Shown here in pieces: positions 59,323 to 64,000 of a DNA stretch of 64,000 nucleotides. The notes beneath the pieces were generated by a model. The model saw nothing but the letters and a program-made list of their open reading frames with translations. It was not told where the DNA came from and ran no database searches. Within the stretch, counting starts at the first letter, position 1, and every line of letters begins with the position of its first letter. Source of the stretch: a bacterium (lineage in GTDB: Bacteria; Patescibacteriota; Minisyncoccia; Phycocordibacterales; Zambryskibacteraceae); assembly GCA_030649135.1 (NCBI GenBank), contig JAUSGI010000004.1:34089-98088 (forward strand), read 5' to 3'. Both the position numbers and the translations under genes were made by a program.

Positions 59323-59562
59323 ATGAACCAAGTTGAACGAGATTTAACATATAGATTGGATGCACTGAAAGCTACTTGTAATCAATACGGTCTACAGAGT
59401 TATGAGTGCAAGACTTCTATGGAGATATGGCAAGATCAACATGACTGGAATGTAATGTATGAAAAATATGGTGATTACTTTGGTATAGGCTCTTTGACTG
59501 CCTTATTAATTGTTTTCTTCTATTATTTGTGGTTAAGTTCACTAAATTTAAGTAATAAATAG
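59323..59562 (+). CDS. small membrane hypothetical protein
   Basis: C-terminal TM helix; weak. Confidence 0.25.
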   Translation: MNQVERDLTYRLDALKATCNQYGLQSYECKTSMEIWQDQHDWNVMYEKYGDYFGIGSLTALLIVFFYYLWLSSLNLSNK

Positions 59563-59563
59563 T

Positions 59564-60043
59564 ATGGATAAAAATAATACAAATGAATTGAGTGCTGTTT
59601 TATCTGGAGTAGCCGGGGAGTATTTTGTTGCCGGTGAGTTATCGAGAAGAGGATTTCTTGCTTCGATCACCCTTAGAAATACTAAAGGGGTTGATATCCA
59701 ATGTTCAAATGGAGACGCTAGTAAATCAGTCAGCATACAAGTAAAAACAAATAAGGGTTCATCTAGAAAATGGGTTATGAACCGCAAGGCCGAGGATTAT
59801 TATGCTGATAATCTTTTCTATATTTTTGTGAATCTAAATGACAATAAAAAATCTCCAGATTATTTTGTGGTACCGAGTAAAGTCGCTGCGGAATATACAA
59901 AAAAGAATCATATTGAATGGCTAGGAAGGCCAAGACGTGATGGTAATCCTCACAAAGATAACGACATGAGAAAATTTGTTGACTTAGAAGAAAGGTACTT
60001 AAATCGCTGGGAATTGCTTGGGCTGGATATTCAAATTATATAG
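59564..60043 (+). CDS. PD-(D/E)xK-like nuclease-fold protein (hypothetical)
   Basis: GEY...GVDI...SIQVKT arrangement matches E...D...(E/Q)xK restriction-endonuclease-like core. Confidence 0.3.
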   Translation: MDKNNTNELSAVLSGVAGEYFVAGELSRRGFLASITLRNTKGVDIQCSNGDASKSVSIQVKTNKGSSRKWVMNRKAEDYYADNLFYIFVNLNDNKKSPDYFVVPSKVAAEYTKKNHIEWLGRPRRDGNPHKDNDMRKFVDLEERYLNRWELLGLDIQII

Positions 60044-60110
60044 GGGTAAATTTGAATCTGACGGAATTGGAAAAGATTAGAAATAAAATGGCAAAATTTA
60101 AAATAAATCC

Positions 60111-60515
60111 ATGAACACCTACAACTGGTACTCACAATTAATTAAACCACTGTGGGCACCGCCGGCAGAAGTTTTCGGCCCAGTATGGACCGTGCTATAC
60201 GTCATTATCGCCATCTCTTTCGGCCTCGTATTCTACAGAGTGTGGAAAGGGGAGTTGCCCAAGATGGTTGCATTGCCATTTGCGCTGAACCTCGTCTTCA
60301 ACTTCGCCTTTACCCCCATTCAATTTGGACTCAAGAATAATCTGTTCGCCGCGCTTGATATCCTGCTTGTGCTTGCGACTCTCGTCTGGGCGCTTTACCT
60401 CCTCTGGCGCACTTCGAGCAAACTCCGCTCTGTTGTCTATGCCAATATCCCGTATCTGTTGTGGGTGACATTTGCGACCTATTTGCAATTAACCATCACT
60501 TATCTAAACAGATAA
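60111..60515 (+). CDS. tspO: TspO/MBR tryptophan-rich sensory protein
   Basis: 5-TM 134-aa protein, W-rich N-terminus (NWYSQLIKPLWAPP..FGPVWTVLY). Confidence 0.7.
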   Translation: MNTYNWYSQLIKPLWAPPAEVFGPVWTVLYVIIAISFGLVFYRVWKGELPKMVALPFALNLVFNFAFTPIQFGLKNNLFAALDILLVLATLVWALYLLWRTSSKLRSVVYANIPYLLWVTFATYLQLTITYLNR

Positions 60516-60578
60516 TGTAACTCGGCGGGTTCAGCTTAATGGGAAATGGCTTAAAAATATGCTAAATTGACGCTTACT

Positions 60579-60668
60579 GGAGCCGTCGCATAGTGGTCTA
60601 GTGCGCCTCACTGCTAACGAGGTAGGGTCTAAAAGCCCTCGAGGGTTCAAATCCCTCCGGCTCCGCCA
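60579..60668 (+). tRNA. tRNA-Ser(GCU), class II with long variable arm, CCA encoded
   Basis: acceptor GGAGCCG/CGGCTCC, 3-bp D-stem, anticodon loop CTGCTAA, variable arm GGG..CCC, T-arm GAGGG-TTCAAAT-CCCTC, discriminator G, CCA. Confidence 0.85.
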
Positions 60669-60716
60669 GATGACCAAGTTTGAACCGAAGCAAAATAAGG
60701 ATATATTACCCAAATT

Positions 60717-61418
60717 ATGACCCTACTAGAACTCAAACGAAAATTGAGAGCCATTCAAGCTCTCGGATTTGTAAAGACACATCGTACAGGTGATACAGGC
60801 ATTGGGAAAACGCTCGAGGATCTTCTTGGTATTAAAGAAAACAATATCCCACTTCCTGATATCGGCGAAATAGCAGAACTCAAAGCATATCGAAAAAATG
60901 CAACATCAATGCTGACGCTTTTTACGCTTGAACCTCGACCTAAAGGTGGAGATCGCGATCGAGTACTTCTGGATAGTTTTGGCTATTCAAAAAGAGATAA
61001 TGGTCGCTCAAAAGAATTGCATAGCACTCTTTCGTGTAAGCGTTACAACAATCAAGGTCTGAAGCTCAAGGTTGAGAAAGATAAAGTGCGAGTCGTTGGC
61101 AAAGGCAGGAGATTAAATATTTACTGGGACATGGAGGATCTCCAAAAGAAATTCGAGGCAAAATTGCCAGCCTTAGTATATGCACTAGCAGACTGTAAAG
61201 AAGTAAGAGGTGTCGAGCATTTCCATTTTAACCAAGCTTTCTTTTTAGAGGGCTTCGATTTTGAACACTTCAAAAGTCTGGTAAAGAAAGACGCCATTGT
61301 TGTAGATTTTAGAATGTTTTATCGTCCAAGTGGCTCCGTCCGTAATCACGGCACTGGTTTTAGGGTAAAAATAAAACAACTCTATAACTGCTTCGACACA
61401 AAGGTTGAGCTGATTTAA
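60717..61418 (+). CDS. MvaI/BcnI-family type II restriction endonuclease (candidate)
   Basis: 233 aa (family is monomeric ~230-260 aa); GIKENNIPLPDIGEIAELK matches the family's ENN..L.D.GE.ELK PD-ExK region as I recall it; convergent/overlapping with an SPPY MTase. Confidence 0.5.
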   Translation: MTLLELKRKLRAIQALGFVKTHRTGDTGIGKTLEDLLGIKENNIPLPDIGEIAELKAYRKNATSMLTLFTLEPRPKGGDRDRVLLDSFGYSKRDNGRSKELHSTLSCKRYNNQGLKLKVEKDKVRVVGKGRRLNIYWDMEDLQKKFEAKLPALVYALADCKEVRGVEHFHFNQAFFLEGFDFEHFKSLVKKDAIVVDFRMFYRPSGSVRNHGTGFRVKIKQLYNCFDTKVELI

Positions 61419-63280
61419 TTTTTTCTCAAAACAACAATACTTTCTTTGTTCATCGTTTCCTCTAATGCACCCACGATATTTGTCGGAGAGTTTTTGATCG
61501 GCATTCTTTTGCCGGGAATATTTCGAACTATTATATCTTCGCAAGTAAATCCTATTTTTTCTGCTAATTCAGCAATAATAAAATCGGTGGGAATTCGCAC
61601 TTGTTTAACTAATCTATTTCCAACAACGAGACAGAAGTACTTTTTTGGTTTGAGTACCCTATGTGCTTGTTTCAAGCATTCATTTAAGCCTATATTAAAA
61701 CTCAATACATCTCTTGCTCTTGCCTCATCTTGCTTGGCGATTTTTTCTAATGATTCTTTGAGATAATCGGATGAAAGTATATGAGTTAGATTCTTGCTGG
61801 CTCTACCCCCAAGAAGATTATTGTCTACAGCAGAAGCATCGTTTGGATCATCAAAAACATCAATCCACTGCGCCGAAAGGCGAGAAAACTGTCCATAAGC
61901 AACTGTAGTGCGACTATCGCCATATGGAGGTGAGGTAATGATGCAATCAATAGAATTTGCTTTTATACCACTATCTTTCGACGAATCGCCGTAGATGATT
62001 TTTGTCCACGTATCCTTTTTTGCATCTTTATAAAAGGCAGTCATTCCGGCAATATTTTTCTCTGCATTTTTTCGAAATATGCCTAGAACATCAGGATCAT
62101 GCTTCTCTAGTTTTTCTCCCTTAACACGCACTAACTTGAATTCACCGGTCTTTGTGTTTGAGGAATACCGAACTGTCTCACTAAAAGCAACCATCAAGAA
62201 ATTTTGAATGGTCTCGTCTTTTATTTCTCTTATAGCTTTCTTTAGTTTTGCAAGTTTAACTATTACCTTATCCTTGAACCAAAAATCAATATTCTTAAAA
62301 TCTGGTCTTTTTATTTCGTTATCCTTTATTTTTTCTACTCTGCTGAGCAGGGCAATGTATTCCTTCGTTAGTTTTTGTGGATTGATTGGAGTTGTTTTTG
62401 CTTTTGCAAGAAAAATGGCTAAAGGATTGAGATCAATGCCGTAGGCATTTCTTCCTATTAACCTACTTTCAACTAAAGCTGAACCAGAGCCACAAAAAAT
62501 ATCGCAAATGGTATCACCCTCCTTGCTATAAGTCTCTAACAATCTTCGTCCGACTTGTGGGATAAACATTGCCGGATAAGTATGTATTCCGTGCGTATGT
62601 GATTTTGTTTTTTCTCCCCTGTAATCCCATGAATAATCTATTTTACGCACATACTTTTCATCTCTCGACTGTCCTTGATCTAGTTGTGATTCAAGATTGC
62701 GAATAATCTTAACGACAACACCTCTCACTTCTACTTCATCACGATAAATTGGGAATAGAGTTGGGTTTGCCGGTTGTAATCTAAACTTTCCATTCTCACG
62801 ATATAATTTTTTGAGCGTTGCTTGGTTGTCGTCTATCACAGCTACGACGGTCTGACCATTTTCTGCTACCTCTTGTTTGCGTATAACAACAATATCACCG
62901 TCAAAAATACCTTCATCGATCATACTGCTACCTTGAACACGCAGGGCATAATGTTTACCTTGCTTTCCAATTTCATCTTTTGCTATTGTAATAGTCTCAT
63001 CGGAAATTTCCATGGCCTCAATGGGCTGTCCAGCAGCGATTGCTCCAAGAATAGGAATCTCGATCATCTGCTTTGCTTCCACTGTGGAAACAGCACGAGG
63101 TTGGTTGTGTTCTTTATTCAAAAAGCCAGCATCTTGGAGTTTGCTGATGTAATAGTGGGATGTCGAAACAGAGGCAAGCTTAAATTTCTTCTTGATCTCC
63201 TCAAGAGAGGGGGCGTAGCTGTGCTTTGCCATATAAGCTTTTATGAAATCTAGGACTTGTGTTTGCTTTTTTGTGAGCAT
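61415..63280 (-). CDS. LexA-DNA methyltransferase fusion: full LexA (aa 1-~200) fused in frame to SPPY-type (N4-C/N6-A) MTase (aa ~215-621)
   Basis: LexA part paralogous to 58282..58896 incl. AG cleavage site, Ser (GSSM) and Lys (TLKK); MTase motif X/I (HTYPAMFIPQ...DIFCGSGS) and motif IV (ITSPPYGD); single uninterrupted ORF. Confidence 0.75.
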   Translation of the reverse strand: MLTKKQTQVLDFIKAYMAKHSYAPSLEEIKKKFKLASVSTSHYYISKLQDAGFLNKEHNQPRAVSTVEAKQMIEIPILGAIAAGQPIEAMEISDETITIAKDEIGKQGKHYALRVQGSSMIDEGIFDGDIVVIRKQEVAENGQTVVAVIDDNQATLKKLYRENGKFRLQPANPTLFPIYRDEVEVRGVVVKIIRNLESQLDQGQSRDEKYVRKIDYSWDYRGEKTKSHTHGIHTYPAMFIPQVGRRLLETYSKEGDTICDIFCGSGSALVESRLIGRNAYGIDLNPLAIFLAKAKTTPINPQKLTKEYIALLSRVEKIKDNEIKRPDFKNIDFWFKDKVIVKLAKLKKAIREIKDETIQNFLMVAFSETVRYSSNTKTGEFKLVRVKGEKLEKHDPDVLGIFRKNAEKNIAGMTAFYKDAKKDTWTKIIYGDSSKDSGIKANSIDCIITSPPYGDSRTTVAYGQFSRLSAQWIDVFDDPNDASAVDNNLLGGRASKNLTHILSSDYLKESLEKIAKQDEARARDVLSFNIGLNECLKQAHRVLKPKKYFCLVVGNRLVKQVRIPTDFIIAELAEKIGFTCEDIIVRNIPGKRMPIKNSPTNIVGALEETMNKESIVVLRKN

Positions 63281-63352
63281 AATAGTATTATAGAAAATAA
63301 ATAGAAAGTATACAAATCAACTTATCCACACCCTATATTAAAGATTAAAAAA

Positions 63353-63874
63353 ATGAACAATCAAGAAAAACATAAGTATGCTTACGCACTTACGAGTGTA
63401 GCTTCTACGGGACTCTCTTTTATAGAAGACTCTTTATCTAGAGTAATGAATAATGCGACTGACATGGCTTATTTAAGGTCATTCTATATTTTGTTGTCCT
63501 ATAATTTTGAACTCATCTTAAAATCTAGAGTAGTAATGCTAAACAACTTTTCTGATAAAAACGATATCAATGATACTCTAAGAAAATTAGGTCACGATAT
63601 AACAAAAATAAGTGAGGCTCTTGTTGCCAATTTAGAAGAATTAGGCATAAAGGAAATAACCGAGAATGGTAGTCAATATAAAGTTATTACTACTGACAAC
63701 AAGGAAATTTATGTAGAGAATTTCACAAAGATTCGATATGATTTCCTTGATAACGTAATGCGTAATGTCGATAATCAAGAACATGAACGAATAAAAAAGT
63801 ACACCAAGACATTGACCGATGTAATTTTAAGAAAAGCGAAGCAGAAAAACGAAGAAGCAAAAAATCAGACATAA
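63353..63874 (+). CDS. hypothetical protein (173 aa), divergent from LexA-MTase
   Basis: AT-rich, Lys/Asn-rich; no recognisable motifs. Confidence 0.3.
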   Translation: MNNQEKHKYAYALTSVASTGLSFIEDSLSRVMNNATDMAYLRSFYILLSYNFELILKSRVVMLNNFSDKNDINDTLRKLGHDITKISEALVANLEELGIKEITENGSQYKVITTDNKEIYVENFTKIRYDFLDNVMRNVDNQEHERIKKYTKTLTDVILRKAKQKNEEAKNQT

Positions 63875-64000
63875 TATGGCGCCTAGCTGGGACTATTTAG
63901 ATCGAATACTCCACAACGTTCTTGCCATTATCTGATTTTGGTTTTGGTACTTCAAACCATTCAGGATGAACTTTGTAGATTGCCCTTAATTCACGTATAC

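Noticed and set aside
60531-60713. 60-aa minus-strand ORF
   Set aside because: Lies entirely over tRNA-Ser(GCU) at 60579..60668; spurious.
60516-60716. Integrase or direct-repeat scars flanking tRNA-Ser expected for an integrated element
   Set aside because: No integrase/recombinase ORF and no partial duplicate of the tRNA 3' end found within the remaining 3.3 kb of the window. The island boundary may lie beyond the window end.

Overview
This window is a low-GC (by eye roughly 40-45%), gene-dense bacterial chromosome segment. It carries compact housekeeping genes and reduced ribosomal proteins (no rpmD/L30, short L3, L15 and PGK), which fits a Patescibacteria/CPR-like organism; that assignment is inference. 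Positions 12.8-37 kb hold the str/S10/spc ribosomal cluster: rpsL-rpsG-fusA-tuf-rpsJ-rplCDWB ... rpsS-rplV-rpsC-rplP-rpmC-rpsQ-rplNXE-rpsZ-rpsH-rplFR-rpsE-rplO-secY-adk-map-ndk, then rplT-rpmI-infC on the minus strand. Two things are unusual in that cluster. First, rplJ-rplL has been moved in between rplB and rpsS. Second, several strongly G+C-rich ORFan genes, each with its own sigma70-like promoter and GC-rich hairpin terminator, sit in intergenic gaps, including inside the ribosomal operons. Elsewhere there are pgk, HIT, recJ, rnhA, comEC pieces, a VanX-like peptidase, sodA, purB, an IMPase, ftsH, smpB with an adjacent tmRNA, murC, recG, dinB, and two tRNAs (Ile-UAU and Ser-GCU). The most interesting part is 52-64 kb, a damage-response/defence island around tRNA-Ser. 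In order it holds: dinB; an ABC-type ATPase and an HNH nuclease, each preceded by a conserved ~30-bp TTTGT direct-repeat element; a convergent bifunctional m5C+m6A methyltransferase translationally coupled to a LexA paralogue; a PD-(D/E)xK-like protein; a MvaI/BcnI-like restriction endonuclease; and a single 621-aa ORF fusing a full LexA (HTH + S24 autopeptidase) to an SPPY-type DNA methyltransferase. A small ArsR-family regulator with four copies of an 11-2-11 inverted-repeat operator lies at 48.8-51.2 kb.
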